Both the position numbers and the translations under genes were made by a program. A DNA stretch of 64,000 nt from an uncultured Planctomycetaceae bacterium. Its GTDB lineage: Bacteria; Planctomycetota; Planctomycetia; Planctomycetales; Planctomycetaceae. The DNA lies in NCBI GenBank assembly GCA_963813715.1, contig CAWFAK010000008.1, forward strand, positions 192,001-256,000, read 5' to 3'. The notes beneath the pieces were generated by a model. That model was not told the DNA's origin. It made no database searches and saw only the letters and a program-made list of their open reading frames with translations. This document shows positions 42,434 to 54,895 of this stretch, piece by piece. The stretch's first letter is position 1; the number at the start of each line of letters is the position of its first letter.

Positions 42434-44643
42434 TCAGAATCCGACGAGTGCATAGCTCGTCGACTGCGACGGCTCGAATCGCTCAATCAGCCGCTGAAAC
42501 GCAAAGGCGCGCGGCGAGCGAAGGATCCGGATCTCAAACGACGGGAAGCGATCCAGCGCCACTTGGACGCCGTCGGCGCCGATCATTTGCGCGGTGCGCT
42601 CGCCGCTCATCCGGGTCGCCTGCCACGAGTGCAGCAGCAGGCCTTTCGCCGCCGAAGTCGGCGCGAGCGAGAATTCCAATCGGCCATTGCGGGCGCGGAC
42701 CGCTTCGACAAACTCGGCTGCGGGGATGACGAAGCGCGGCTGCGGCGAACTCCACTCGGCCACCTGGAATTCGGCGGGATGCTCTGCCGCTGCGTTGACC
42801 GCTCGCGCCGCACGAAAAGTTCGATCTCCGCGCCGCGGCTGCCCGCTTCCTCTAACTTCGCTTGGAACTCGGGCGACAAGCGCACCGTTCCCACGAGCTT
42901 TTCGTCCGGCTGAATGGTGATCCGCTGGTCGAAGGTCGCGAACGCTTTGCCCAAGAATCCGCTGCTTGAGCCGCACAACGCGGCGGCGACCGTGCAGCCC
43001 GCGAACAATCCGACCAACGCCAAACCGCGACCGATCCGCGGCACGCACAATGTCGCAATCAGCAGGGCGACGAGCGCCGGCGCTTGCACGGCCCACAGAC
43101 GTCGCAGGGCGGGCAACTCGGACCAATTGTTCGCATACGGGGCAAGCCGCGTGGGCGGCAGAACCGACGGTCGCGTCTGGTCCTTCGACGGGCCGAAAAA
43201 CCAAGGGCCACGGACCGGACCGCGAAGGACCGTGGGCACTTCCTGCGGCGAGCCGGAGAACCGCGCGAATTTGGTTTGCTCGACCGAGCCCGCCTCGCGG
43301 AATGCGCCGTTGGCGAACGCATTGGCCGGAAAATCCCAACCGACGAGCCCCGCGTAGCCCCACGTTCCTTGCACAATGGCCAGGGCGACCAGCGGCACGG
43401 CAAACGCTTCCGCCCCAAATCGAGCCTCCAACCGCCGACCCGCCTCCACACCGTAATGCGCCACCAGGGCAAAGAGCACCACTGCACCGCAGGCGACCGC
43501 GCAACCGCGATCGCGCGTCGTCGGCAGCAGAATCAACTGCATCAAGATCGGCGCGAGGAAACAAATGCGCAGGAGCCATTTCGAGCGGTGCGAGATCAGG
43601 CCCAGTCCCACCAGGCCGATCACCACCACAACGGGGTTCTCGGCGAAAATCAAATTCCCCAGCTCGATCGTGAGGTAGCCAAGGTAGCCGAGCGGATCGG
43701 CCGCCAAGCGGGACCCGTGCAACTGCAACGCCGTGCCGATCCGAGCAAGTTCGGGATTCGCATCGACAGCGAAGCCCAGTTGCCGCCAGAGCAGCTCCTG
43801 CATCAGCGGCACCAGGCACCACGCCACCGCCGCCATGACCAATGGTCCCGGCTTGCGCTGTTTGAGGGCGAACGCCGCATAGATCACCAAGCCGGTGAGC
43901 GCCGTGGCGTCGACGAGGGACCACAATCCCATCAGCGCGGCCATTCCCAGCGACCCGCGCCATCCAAAGGGCGTGTCGTCGGCGTCCTTCGCGACAAGCA
44001 GCAAGGTCCACAGGAAGCAGAAACTAAGTCCCAGCATCCGCGGGCCGATCTCGCCGACGGACGCAGTCGCCACGATCGACAGGCTGAAGCAGGTAGCCGC
44101 GAAAACCGACTTGGTGCGGTCTCGAAACAGCGCGCCCGTCGCCCGCATCACGAGCCACGCGCACACCCAGCAGAGCACCAAGTTCAACGCAAGGGGCGCG
44201 TAATAAGCGTCGAGCCCGACCGTGAACCAATTCGCGAGCACGGCATAAGCAATTCCGCGGGAAGCGAGTGCAGTTCCCGCGGGACTCGTGCCGTTCTTGA
44301 GTGCGTCAATCTGCCGCAGCGTTTGGACGCCGGGACTCGGATAGAAGTCGCCGCGATAGAGACAGCTGTCGCCGACCGCCGAATTGGCCGCGTGACCCAG
44401 CGGCAGGCTCGCGCGGAGCGCCCCTGAACGGAGACCGCCAAAGCACCACCAGGCTGCTGTACACAATAATCCGATCCAAATCGCGGCCGGCAGCGGATTT
44501 GGCCGGCGCGGCGGTGCGAGCGGTGCTTCGATCGGCGGATCGGCCGCGAGGCGGACCTTGTCGAACAGTGCGCTGATCTGCGGCGATTCCAGGAGCCCCA
44601 GCGCTTCGGCCTTGCGTTTGGCAGGCGTCAACCCGGTCGACAT
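42434..44643 (-). CDS. Polytopic membrane protein, possibly GT-C-like (frameshift ~42780)
   Basis: More than 10 hydrophobic segments in ORF 42607..44643; soluble C-terminus in the 42434 frame; directly downstream of DegT. Confidence 0.55.
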
Positions 44644-44690
44644 GGCACCGCTCGATGATGGCCTTCGCTCGACTCTTCCGCCTCGCCGAC

Positions 44691-45834
44691 CTACGCGGCG
44701 ACCGTCGCTTCACCGTTGGCCGCAAACGCAGCCCGCAGCGCATCCGCCACACGTCCGATGGCCGCGTTGGGAAGCATGGGGCCCATCGGCAGGCTGAGCA
44801 CCTCGCGGGCGGCCAACTCGGCCACCGGCAAATGGCAGTGGTGGTCGGCGTAGACCGGCAGACGATGCACGGGCACGGAATAATAAACGTTCGTCCCGAT
44901 GCCCGCTTGGGCGAGCGCTTTTTGAATCGCGTCTCGATTGCGGCCGATAATGCGGACGGTGAACTGATTGAACACGTGGTCGGCGTACTCTTCCACGAGC
45001 GGCGGCACGACCCCCGCGATATCCGCGAGCAGCCGGCGATAGGTTACAGCTGCCGTTTGCCGCTGGCTGTTCCAGCTTTCGACGTGCGGCAGTTTGACTC
45101 GCAGGACGGCTGCCTGAATCTCATCGAGGCGCGAGTTGTAGCCGATCATCTCGTTGCAATCTCGACGCAGTGATCCGTGGGTGCGAAGCTTGCGGGCCAG
45201 CTCGGCGACATGGTCGTCATTTGTCGCCAAGAGACCGGCATCGCCAAACGCGCCGAGGTTCTTGGTCGGATAAAACGAAAACGCGCCCGCGTGCCCGATG
45301 CTGCCCAGCGGCCGACCACGATAGCGGCCGCCAAAGGCTTGGGCGACGTCTTCCAGCACAGTCAGCCCGTGCCGTCGAGACGAACTCGAGGATCGGATCC
45401 AGATCGGCCGCGTGCCCAAACAAGTGGACAGGGAGGACTGCCTTGGTGCGGGGCGTCAGCGCGGCGGGAATTTGCGACGGATCGATATTGAACGTCCGTG
45501 GCTCGATGTCGACAAAGACCGGCTCCGCTCCGACGAGACTGATCGCCTCGGCCGTCGCGTAGAACGTGAAGGGCGTGGTGATCACTTCGTCGCCGGGCCC
45601 GATCCCCAACGCCCGCAGTCCCAGCACCAGCGCGTCGGTGCCCGAGTTGCACGCGATCGCGTGTTTGACCGAGAGGCTCTCGGCGATTTCGGACTCGAAG
45701 GCCCGCACCTGCGGTCCGAGCACGAACTGCCCCGAGCGAATGACGTCAGAAACGGCCGACTGGATCTCGCCCCAGAGAAGATCGATTTCCGGAAGCAAGT
45801 CGAGCGGCGGGATCTGCGGCGCGAATCCATTCAT
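44691..45834 (-). CDS. DegT/DnrJ/EryC1/StrS family PLP sugar aminotransferase (frameshift ~45390)
   Basis: CNSGTDAL, PVHLFG, EDVAQAFG, FSFYPTKNLGAFGDAG, GYNSRLDEIQAA. Confidence 0.92.
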
Positions 45835-46100
45835 GGCCGGCATCCAGTCCGTCAAACGGACGGCGGCACGGTTCTCAACTGGCCACTCGATCCGAACGGA
45901 GGGCCGGATTATAGGCGGTTCGCGAAAGTTGTGAAGGGAAGCTCAGACCTGGCCGTTCGTATTGACGAACAGCCGACCAAGAGGGTCCGCAGCCCTCGCC
46001 TTCCCCAACACGGCTGAACCCAGGCGGTTCAGCCGTGGCGCCCGACCAAATTGCCCAAGCGATGACGAATCGATCGCGCGGGCCGGAACCAGAAGTTTGC

Positions 46101-46609
46101 CTAGGGTTGCAGCGGCGCCGGCTGCGGAGAGACACCAGCGGGCGTCGAGTAGCTCGCCGGACCGGCCGAGCCGTATCCCGGAGCAGGCGCGGCTGATATT
46201 GGCCTGGCTGGTAAGGCGCTGGCTGATAATTTGAGCTGGGGGCTGGCTGATAGCTCGAGCCGGCCGGAGGCGATTGCGAGTACGCCGGAGCGCTCTGGCT
46301 GTACGGAGCCTGGCTTTGGCTATACGCCGGCGCGGGCTGCGGAGCATAAGCCGCGGCCGGAGCCGGATAGCCCGGAGCATAGACGGGCGCCGGGGCGTAA
46401 GCCGGCGGATAGTAGTACGGCGCAGGCCCGTACGGATAATAGTAATAGGGGTACGGCCGGTAGTAAGGTCCGTAGCCGTAGCCGCCATAGCCCCAGCCAC
46501 CGACAGGAATGCCGATGCCGATACCGACGCGAACGCCGGCCTGGGCTGGAGTCGAGAGAGCGGTTATCGCGAGCGCCACGGTGCTGGCGACCATCAGTTT
46601 GCGGAGCAT
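46101..46609 (-). CDS. Secreted Pro/Tyr/Gly/Gln-rich low-complexity protein (probable frameshift ~46190)
   Basis: Signal peptide ending AQA; GYGGYGYGPYYRPYPYYYYPY, YSQS and YQP repeats. The alternative frame continues PAPGYGSAGPASYSTP..LQP* to 46101. Confidence 0.75.
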
Positions 46610-46932
46610 AGAAATCTCCTTTTCTTCCGAAACAGAGCCTGGCCCGACGACGCGGCGGCCCTATTAAACATATCGGCTGTTTTGCAGCAAGAGCGGTTCC
46701 ACCGGGGCGTGAGCGGCATCTTTTGCCGCCGAGTCTCCCGGCCTTGCTCGCGAGCGAGGATGCGTAAGGCTCGACAAGCCCGCGTGAGAATCGCCGACGG
46801 GCAAGCCCGGCAACCGCGTGCCCCTGTCTTCGTTCGACTCGCGGCATCTTGACACATCTACGCGAAACGCCTATTTTCACGCCGCTTGCGAAGCGCGAGT
46901 TTGCCGTTCAGGCAAACAGAAGGATCGTCTCC

Positions 46933-48446
46933 ATGGAGGGGGAATCGAAGCGGACCGTGCTGTTGACGGTTCGCTACGCCGCCGCCGGCATCGGCAGGCA
47001 GGCGCTGAACTTTCTGCTCTTCGCCGTTTGGGCGCACTACCTTTCGCCGAGCGACTTTGGCGTATTGGCCCTGCTGGTGATTAGCGGCACGTTGGTGCTG
47101 CGCTCCGTGGAAACGCCCGTCGGCTACGCGCTGCAGCGTTTTTACTTTCGCCCCGACTACGAAGACCGACGCGACGTTCTGCTGTTTAACCTGACGCTGC
47201 TTCGTGGCGGCCAACGCGCGTGGCGGTGCTGTTCCTCTATTACGGCGTGGGCGCCCTGGTTGCCCGCTGGCTGTTGAAGGACGCCGGCCCTGGCGTCGAC
47301 GGTGCGGCTGCACGGCTTGTGGGTGGCGTTTTCGATTACGACGTCGCTCTCGGGCGTGTTCGTCCTGTTGCTCGAGCGGGCGAGAATCTTCAATGCCGCG
47401 TCGCTCTTGGGAGTCGTCGCGACCGGCGTCGTGTCGATCGCACTCTTGACCACCACGCATTTGGGCGTGAACGCCGTCATCATCGGACAGGCGTCGGGCC
47501 TCGCGTTGCAGACGCTGCATCTGTTTGCCCGTGCTGCGGGGACACCTGCGGCCGACGCTCAACTGGTCGGTGCTTGCGCGAGCCCCTCCGCTTCGGATAC
47601 ACGGCTTTGCCCTCGGGCTATTCCAACATCCTGATCATCGCCGGCGATCGTTACGTGTTGCAGTTCTTGCGGACGATTTACGAAGTCGGTCTTTATTCGT
47701 TCGCCTGCAACATCGGCAACCTGGTGACGCTGGCGATCGGCACGCCGGTGATCGGCGGCGTCTGGCCGACGATCCGCCGCATGGAAGCCAGCCCCGATCG
47801 CCAACGCGCGTTCGTGCGTCAGATGACGACGTTCGTCTGCGCAGCGAGCGTGGCCATGGCCGTGTTTCTGTCCATCTTTAGCGACGGAGGCGATCCGCGT
47901 CCTGGCGTGGGGAAAGCCTGAATTCGCGGCGGCCGCCATCGTCGTGCCGTATCTTGCCTTCTCGCAAGCGCTGCAGGGGCTGGCGGCGTTTACCGAGGCG
48001 GGCATCAGCCTGGGCAATCGGCCGGCGTATATCTCGGGAATCGCCATCACTTGTGCGGCGGCGAACATCGGGCTGAATTTCTTGCTGGTTCCGCGGTACG
48101 GATTGCTGGGGGCCGGCTGGGCGACGCTGACTTCGTTCGTGCTGTGGAATGCTCTGCACGTCTACTTCTCGCGGCGATTTTATCGGATCGCACTTTGACG
48201 TGCGGCGACTCGCTCACGCGGGAGTCGCCGGCGCACTCGTGATCGTCGTCGCGCGGACGATTCCCGGCGATGTGAGCCTGTGGATCGTTTGTCCGCTCAA
48301 AGCGGTGCTGGTGCTGGCTTACCCGGTGCTGCTCATGGCGACCGGCTTCTTGACGCCGGACGAATGGCAGAAGACTGGCTGGCCTGATGCGGGGCGCTCG
48401 CCGCGGCGGGATCAAGTCGATGATGGTCGCGTTGACGCAGCCCTGA
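46933..48446 (+). CDS. Wzx-type polysaccharide flippase (several frameshifts)
   Basis: LSPSDFGVLA, LRFGY..GDRYVL..VGLYSFA, NIGLNFLLVPRYGLLGAGWAT spread over successive frames. Confidence 0.8.
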
Positions 48447-48491
48447 CAAGGCTTTGGGTTCGGCCTTGGGTTCGATTGGGAGGGGGGAAAC

Positions 48492-50401
48492 ATGTGCGGC
48501 ATCTGCGGGGTGTACGAATATGCCTCGTCGATGCGCGTCGACGGCCAGCGGCTCGCGCGGATGAACGCCACGATCGCGCACCGCGGCCCCGACGACGACG
48601 GCTTCTTCGTTCGCGATCGCGTCGGCCTGGCGATGCGGCGGCTGCGGATCATCGATCTGGCCGGTGGCAAGCAGCCGATCACGAATGAAGATGAGACCGT
48701 CACCATCGTCTTCAACGGCGAAATCTACAACTATCGCGAGTTGCGTCGCGAGTTGGTCGCCCGCGGTCACCGCTTCCGCACGCAAAGCGACACGGAAGTC
48801 GTCGTGCATGCGTACGAAGAATTCGGCACTGCGCTGCGTCGAGCGGCTCGACGGCATGTTCGCCTTCGCCATCTACGACGAACGAGTGCCCGGAGCCGAC
48901 CGACTGTTCCTCGCGCGCGATCCCTTCGGCAAGAAGCCGCTCTATTACGCCGACCTTGGCCAGACTTTGATTTTCGGCTCGGAGATCAAGCCGATCCTGG
49001 AGGATCCGCGCGTCTCGCGGGAGGTCGATTTCGAGGCGCTCCACCACTACCTGTCGCTGCTCGTCATTCCCGCACCGTGGAGCATTTTTCAATCGATTCG
49101 CAAGTTGCCCGCCGGCCATTGGATGCTCGTCGACCAGGACGGGTCGCAGATCGAACGCTATTGGAGCTGCGAAGCGTAACGAGCGCAAACCGCGTTCCCG
49201 AAGCCGAAGCCATCGACGAAGTCCGCCGCCTGCTGTTTCGCGCTGTTGAGAAGCGGCTCGTGGCTGACGTGCCGTTCGGCGCGTTTTTGAGCGGCGGCCT
49301 CGACTCGAGCCTCGTCGTCGCGATCATGGCGCGGTTGTCGCGGCCAGCCGGTGAAGACCTTGTCGGTTGGCTTCGAGGGGCCGCGTTCGCACAACGAACT
49401 GCCCTTCGCCCGCCGGCTCGCCGAGCATTGCCGGACGGATCACACCGAGCTGATGCTCAAGCCCGACGTCGTGTCGATGGTGCACGACGTCGTCCACTAC
49501 GCCGACGAGCCATTCGGCATCTCCTCCGCGCTGCCCAGCTTGCTCATCGCCCGCGCGGCCCGCGAGCGGTTGACCGTGGTGCTCACGGGCGACGGCGGGG
49601 ACGAGATGTTTGGCGGCTATTCGCATTATCTTTGGGAGCGGTGGGCGACCGCGTTTCGACGACTGCCCCGCGTCGCCGATTCCGTCCTGCTGACCGCGGC
49701 CGGCACTCTGGGCCGACGTGTCGATGGTCGCGCGGGCGCTTTGCGGAGCCGGATCACGCGATTCGTCTCCAATGCCCGCCGACCCGACGTCGCCCGACGC
49801 CTCGGGCTGGGGAAGCGCATTTTCGCACGACGAGAAGATCTCGCTCTATTCGGATGATCTGGCTCATCTGGCCGCGGGCACGACAACCGCCGTCCTGGAA
49901 CGGCACCTCGATCGCTCCCATCATCTCGAGCCGGCCGCCCTGCAGAACCGGCTCGACGTCGAACTGTGGCTGCCGGACGAGATGCTGGCCAAAGTCGATC
50001 GCATGACGATGGGCGCCTCGATCGAGGCGCGTTGCCCGCTCTTGGATCGCGACCTGGCCCGCTTTCTCTTCGGTCTGCCATTCAGCCAAAAGGTTCCCGG
50101 CTCGCGTGGACGGCATCTCAAGCATTTGCTGCGGCGAGTGGCGGCCGATCTGTTGCCGGCCGACTTGCTCGCACGCCCCAAGCAGGGGTTCAACGTTCCG
50201 CTCGACGCCTGGTTTCGCGGCGACGCCGGCGATTTGCTCACCGATGTGCTTAGCCCCGAGCGGATCCGCCGCCGCGGTTGGTTTCGGCCCGAAGCCGTCG
50301 CCGAGTTGGTCTCGGCCCACCGTGCGGGGCAAGCCAAATTTTCAAACCGCCTCTACGCGCTCTTCTCGTTGGAGCTTTGGGCACAGGAGTATCTCTCGTG
50401 A
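48492..50401 (+). CDS. asnB: Asparagine synthase-family glutamine amidotransferase (several frameshifts)
   Basis: MCGICG, HRGPD, FNGEIYNY, ARDPFGKKPLYY, LSGGLDSS, LTGDGGDEMFGGY, KVDRMTM..EARCP, RPKQGF. Confidence 0.9.
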
Positions 50402-51451
50402 AGAAATCTCTCGTCGACTGGCTGCGCTGTCCCAAGTGCAAAAACGCCCCCAGTCAGGGCTTGCTCTCGCTGGTTGAGGGTCAGACGCAAAACGGCTCGG
50501 GCGACGGCGAAATCGAAACCGGTGTGCTCGCTTGCTCGAGTTGCGGCGCCCGGCATCCGATCGTCGGCGGGATTCCGCGGTTCGTACCGGTCGACAACTA
50601 CGCCGACAATTTCGGCTTTCAGTGGAACCGATTTCGCAAGACCCAGCTCGACAGCCACTCCGGTCAGACGATCAGCCGTGACCGCTTCTTGAAGTCGACG
50701 GGCTGGACTCCCCAATCGCTCGCCGGACAAGACGGTGCTCGACATCGGCTGCGGGGCCGGTCGATTTGTCGAGGTGGCGCTCTCGTGCGGCGCGACGGTC
50801 TTCGCGGTCGACTATTCGAACGCGGTCGAGGCCTGCCGGGCGAATTTTCCCGCGCACCCGAATCTGCACGTCATTCAGGCCGATGTTTACGCCCTGCCGT
50901 TGGCGAACGCCTGCTTCGACGCGATTTATTGCCTGGGGGTGCTGCAGCATACGCCTAGTCCGCGCGACGCCTTTCTCTCGCTGCCGCGACATCTCAAATC
51001 GGGAGGGCGGCTGGCGGTTGACGTTTATCAAGGAGGCTGGCGACGGATCGCCCATACAAAATACTGGCTGCGCCCGCTCACCAAGCGCGTGCCGCAGCGG
51101 CGACTGTTTCATGCCGTCGAACGCAGCATCCCGGCGCTTTTGGGGCTGAGCCGGGCGGTGGGCCGCATCCCGGCGGTCGGTCGCCACGTCCGACGACTGC
51201 TGCCGGTGGCGAACTACGAAGGGATGTACGGACTCGACCAAAAACAGCTCCGCGAGTGGGCCGTGCTCGATACGTTCGACATGCTGGCTCCGACTTACGA
51301 CCGACCGCAAACCCCGCGAGCTCTGGCCCAATGGACCCAGCACGCGGGGCTGGAATCGGTCGAAATCGGCCAGTTCGGCCACCTCGTCGCCCGTGGCCGA
51401 AAACCGGTCGGCTCAATCACGCTCAGTCCGCAACGGGCCGTGACTCGCTGA
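50398..51451 (+). CDS. SAM-dependent methyltransferase with N-terminal Trm112-like zinc-binding domain (frameshift ~50730)
   Basis: LRCPKC..LACSSC..HPIVGGIPRF, FGFQW, VLDIGCGAGRF, GVLQHTP; GTGA overlap with the asnB stop. Confidence 0.85.
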
Positions 51452-51480
51452 TCGGTGCGCATGAGCCCGATACAAACCGA

Positions 51481-53461
51481 TTAAAGCCCCGATGATCGAG
51501 CAACGGGCGGCGTTGCTCGCTGACGTTTTGCCGGCCCGTCCGCGGGAGTCCGCAGTTTGTTCGGGGCTGCCGGCTTGGCATCGTCCACCGGTTTGATTTC
51601 GCAGACCACGCGGAACCCGAGCCCGGCGTCAAATGTCGAGCGCGGGCCGTGAAAGCGGTACGCCGAGGGGATGGCCGGGTTGTTCCAGCCGCCGCCGCGG
51701 CCGATGCCCTGGTCTCCAGACTCGGGCCCTTGAGGATCGTCGACTGGGCTGACCGCGTAATAGCCGTCCGAATACCAGTCTGAGACGACCTCGACCACGT
51801 TGCCGTGCATGTCGAACAGTCCAAATGCATTCGGCGCATAAGAGCCGACCTTGGCGGTTCGTCCCAGCCCCGGCCCGACCTGCTCCTCTCCAACCCGGCC
51901 ATTGAAGTTGGCTTCGTCGACTTTGATCTCGTCGCCGAAGTGAAACAGAGTGGTGGTGCCGGCCCGGCAGGCGTACTCCCATTCAGCCTCGGTCGGCAAG
52001 CGGTAGAGGCGACCGGCCAGCTTCTCCTCCGCGACGTCGCTTAAGCGTCGCAGAAATGACAGATCATCGATCAGCGAAACCGATTCGCACGGCTTTTGCG
52101 GATCGTCGCTAAAACGACTCGGATTGAATCCCGTCACCTTTTCGAATTGTGCCTGGGTCACTTCGTAGACGCCGAAATACAACGGCTTGTTGATCCGCAC
52201 GCGATGCACGGGCCGCGCGTTGTCGGGCAGCCGTGCGTCGTCCGAGCCCATCATGAAATCGCCGGGCGGCACGAGGACCAGTTTCATGCCGATTGAATTG
52301 GTCAGCTCGACCGGCGATTGGAGATAGGCGGACCACTTTTTCTGGCTCTCCTTGGCCGCGACGTCATCAAACGGATTGACCAGCAGCTCCGGTTTGGCGA
52401 CCTTCGGCCCCTTCGGTCGTCCCAGGGCTTTCCGCGGACCGAGCCGCCGGCAGGAGCCGCCGCTGCCGCGTTGCCCGGCGGCAAGACTTCGCCGGAACGT
52501 TGGCATTCGCAACATTGGGAGCGTTGCCCGCGGCCTGGGGATTTGGGGCACCGATTTCTTCGGCGCTGCCCTCCGGTTGCAGTGCGGCCGTCTGCGAGAA
52601 GACCACTTTTTTCCAGGGAAGCCAAAAGGTCACAAGCGCCATCACGACGAAACCGCCGACCAGCACGCTCATCACGCCCAGGTACGTGCGAACGATTTCA
52701 TTGCTCTCGCCGACGATCTTGGTGGGAGGCGGCGTTACGAGCCTGGCGGGCGGCTTCGGCTTGCCGTCCGCTAGCTTTTCGTCGTATTCCTTTCGCAGGT
52801 GCGGCTTGAGCAGGCAGTGTCGGGCCTCTTCGATCTCGTACAGGATCTGATCGGCCAGCTTGGCGTATTCGCCAATGCGGCACTTGCGGATATAGGCGGA
52901 CTGCCGCTCGGCTGCAGTTTCGATCACTTCGTCGGCGTGCTCGGCCGGCGAAATCCGAAGCAGTTGGTAGTGCGTCGGCGGACGCTTCCCTTTCGGAATG
53001 CCGAGCCAGATGTGATAGGGATCGAAATTGGGCGGTACGCGCTCGGTCGTCAGCCAGGATGGTTCATCCGCTCGGCCGCCCGGCGCCGCCTTCGACTCAC
53101 GTGCCGGGGCCAACGGCGGATTGCGCACTGCGGGCGTGTCGGGGCGGGCGGGGAGTTCGTCGGTCGACGGGGCCTTGCTGATCGCGTCGGTTTCCGCCGC
53201 ACTCGGGCCGCTTTCCTGATCCAGCACCTCGACGATCCAATCCCGCGGCGATTCTGAGGGGGAGGATGAATCCTCTGACGCGGTGCCGAAGGATTCGATC
53301 AATCCGGCGATGGTGCGGGCTGGAACGGGCAACGAGTTGGGGTCGCGCTTGATCAGATCTTCCGGACCGATCTCACCGGCGGCCGCGAGCTGTCGCAGTT
53401 GTGACGCGGTGAAGGGGCCATGCTTCTTCCCATCCTTCAAGATGAAGGCTTCACCAGGCAT
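51481..53461 (-). CDS. GYF_2 + J-like + TM + FGE-sulfatase (SUMF1) domain protein (frameshift ~52500)
   Basis: HGPFTASQLRQLAAAG; FDPYHIWLGIP..THYQLL; TM helix; NSIGMKL, YEVTQ, RLPTEAEWEYACRAG, NAFGLFDMHGNV, GFRVV. Confidence 0.85.
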
Positions 53462-53664
53462 ATTCTCGAAGGGCCCTTTCGCGCAGTGCAGACGCGTCAT
53501 TTCTGTTCGAATCATCGTAATCGCGGCGGTTCGCTGATCCTAGCCGAAATTAGCGAGCGGACGTTGTCATAGTATGCTCGATTGATTCATTCGCGACGCG
53601 CCGCTACGTTGCTTCGCTGGCGCCTCCTCTGGTGATTTCTACCCCGCAATCCTCGAGAACCGAA

Positions 53665-54669
53665 ATGACTTCTTCGCCACAGCTGCCTCTCAACGAATTG
53701 ATCTTCGGTTACTGCAATTCGCAGTGCATTTACGTCGCCGCGAAGCTCGGGATCGCCGATCTGCTGGCCTCCGGGCCCGTGTCGGTCGACGAATTGGCCC
53801 AAAAGACGAACACCCACCGCCCCTCGCTCTTCCGCTTGCTGCGGGCGCTGGCCAGCCTGGGCGTTTTTGCCGAGGAGCCGGGGCAGCGGTTCGCGCTCAC
53901 GCCGGCCGCCGAGCCGCTCCGCCGCGACGTCCCCGGTTCGCAATGGGCGATGGCCGTCATGATGGGCGAAGAGCATTACCGCGTGTGGGGCGAGTTGATG
54001 TACAGCGTGCGCACCGGCAAGATCGCCTTCGACAAGGTCTATGGCCAGCCGGTGTTCGAGTATCTCTCGCAAAACCCGGAACAGGCGGCGATCTTCGATC
54101 AGGCAATGACGGGCGTGCATGGACGTGAAACCTCGGCCACGGCCGACGCCTACGATTTTTCGTCGTTCAAGGCGATCGCCGACATCGGCGGCGGCAACGG
54201 CAGCACGCTCTGCGGCATCCTCAAACGTCATCCGAGGCTCCACGGCACGCTGTTCGACCTTCCCGGCGTGATCGAGCGGGCCGGAGCGTCCGTGGCAGCG
54301 GCGGGGCTGGCCGATCGCGTGCATCTGGTGGCGGGAAGCTTCTTCGAGTCAGTGCCGTCTGGCGTCGACGCGTACGTGTTGCGGCACATCATCCACGACT
54401 GGGACGAGGAAAAGGCGCTGCGCATCCTCGCGAACGTTCGCGAAGCAATCGGCGAAGAGGGACGGCTGCTGGTCGTCGAAAGCGTGATTCCCCCCGGCAA
54501 TGAGCCGTTCTTCGGCAAGCTGCTCGACATCACGATGCTCGTCAGCCCGGGCGGACAGGAACGAACGGCCGACGAATACCGCGATCTCTTCGGCCGCGCC
54601 GGATTCCGGCTGACTCGGATCGTGCCTACGACGACGGAGGTGAGCGTGATCGAGGGGGTACCGGTTTAG
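53665..54669 (+). CDS. O-methyltransferase (Methyltransf_2, with N-terminal dimerisation domain)
   Basis: AAKLGIADLL, RLLRAL, DIGGGNG, FDLP, GSFF, IIHDW, GGQERT. Confidence 0.92.
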   Translation: MTSSPQLPLNELIFGYCNSQCIYVAAKLGIADLLASGPVSVDELAQKTNTHRPSLFRLLRALASLGVFAEEPGQRFALTPAAEPLRRDVPGSQWAMAVMMGEEHYRVWGELMYSVRTGKIAFDKVYGQPVFEYLSQNPEQAAIFDQAMTGVHGRETSATADAYDFSSFKAIADIGGGNGSTLCGILKRHPRLHGTLFDLPGVIERAGASVAAAGLADRVHLVAGSFFESVPSGVDAYVLRHIIHDWDEEKALRILANVREAIGEEGRLLVVESVIPPGNEPFFGKLLDITMLVSPGGQERTADEYRDLFGRAGFRLTRIVPTTTEVSVIEGVPV

Positions 54670-54685
54670 GAGGCGCGATCGGCGA

Positions 54686-54753
54686 CAGGGCGGAAGGCTC
54701 TGTCTGCCGTCTGTCTTTCTGACGGGCCGGACGGCAGGCACAACCTGCCCTAC
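54686..54753. repeat. Inverted pair of GTAG-type REP-like elements; a third degenerate copy lies at 55209-55226
   Basis: The right copy on the minus strand reads GTAGGGCAGGTTGTGCCTGCCGTC. The left copy on the plus strand reads CAGGGCGGAAGGCTCTGTCTGCCGTC. The third copy reads GGCAGGTGGTGCCTGCCG. Confidence 0.55.
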
Positions 54754-54754
54754 A

Positions 54755-54895
54755 AGACTCGCAATTCAATCCCGTCCCAATCCCTCTTGTCTCAAAGTGT
54801 CCCGTCCCATCTCAAATCAATCCCGTCCCGATTGCCGGACCGGATTGCCACTCAACGGATCGACACTGACCGGTGGGACTCTCGTCGGTGGGTCC
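54755..54895 (-). ncRNA. Candidate GGA-rich small RNA (CsrA/RsmA sponge-like)
   Basis: Seven GGGA motifs in 60 nt (54770-54829) on the minus strand, downstream of an extended -10-like TGATATAAG (54902-54910). Boundaries are inferred. Confidence 0.35.
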
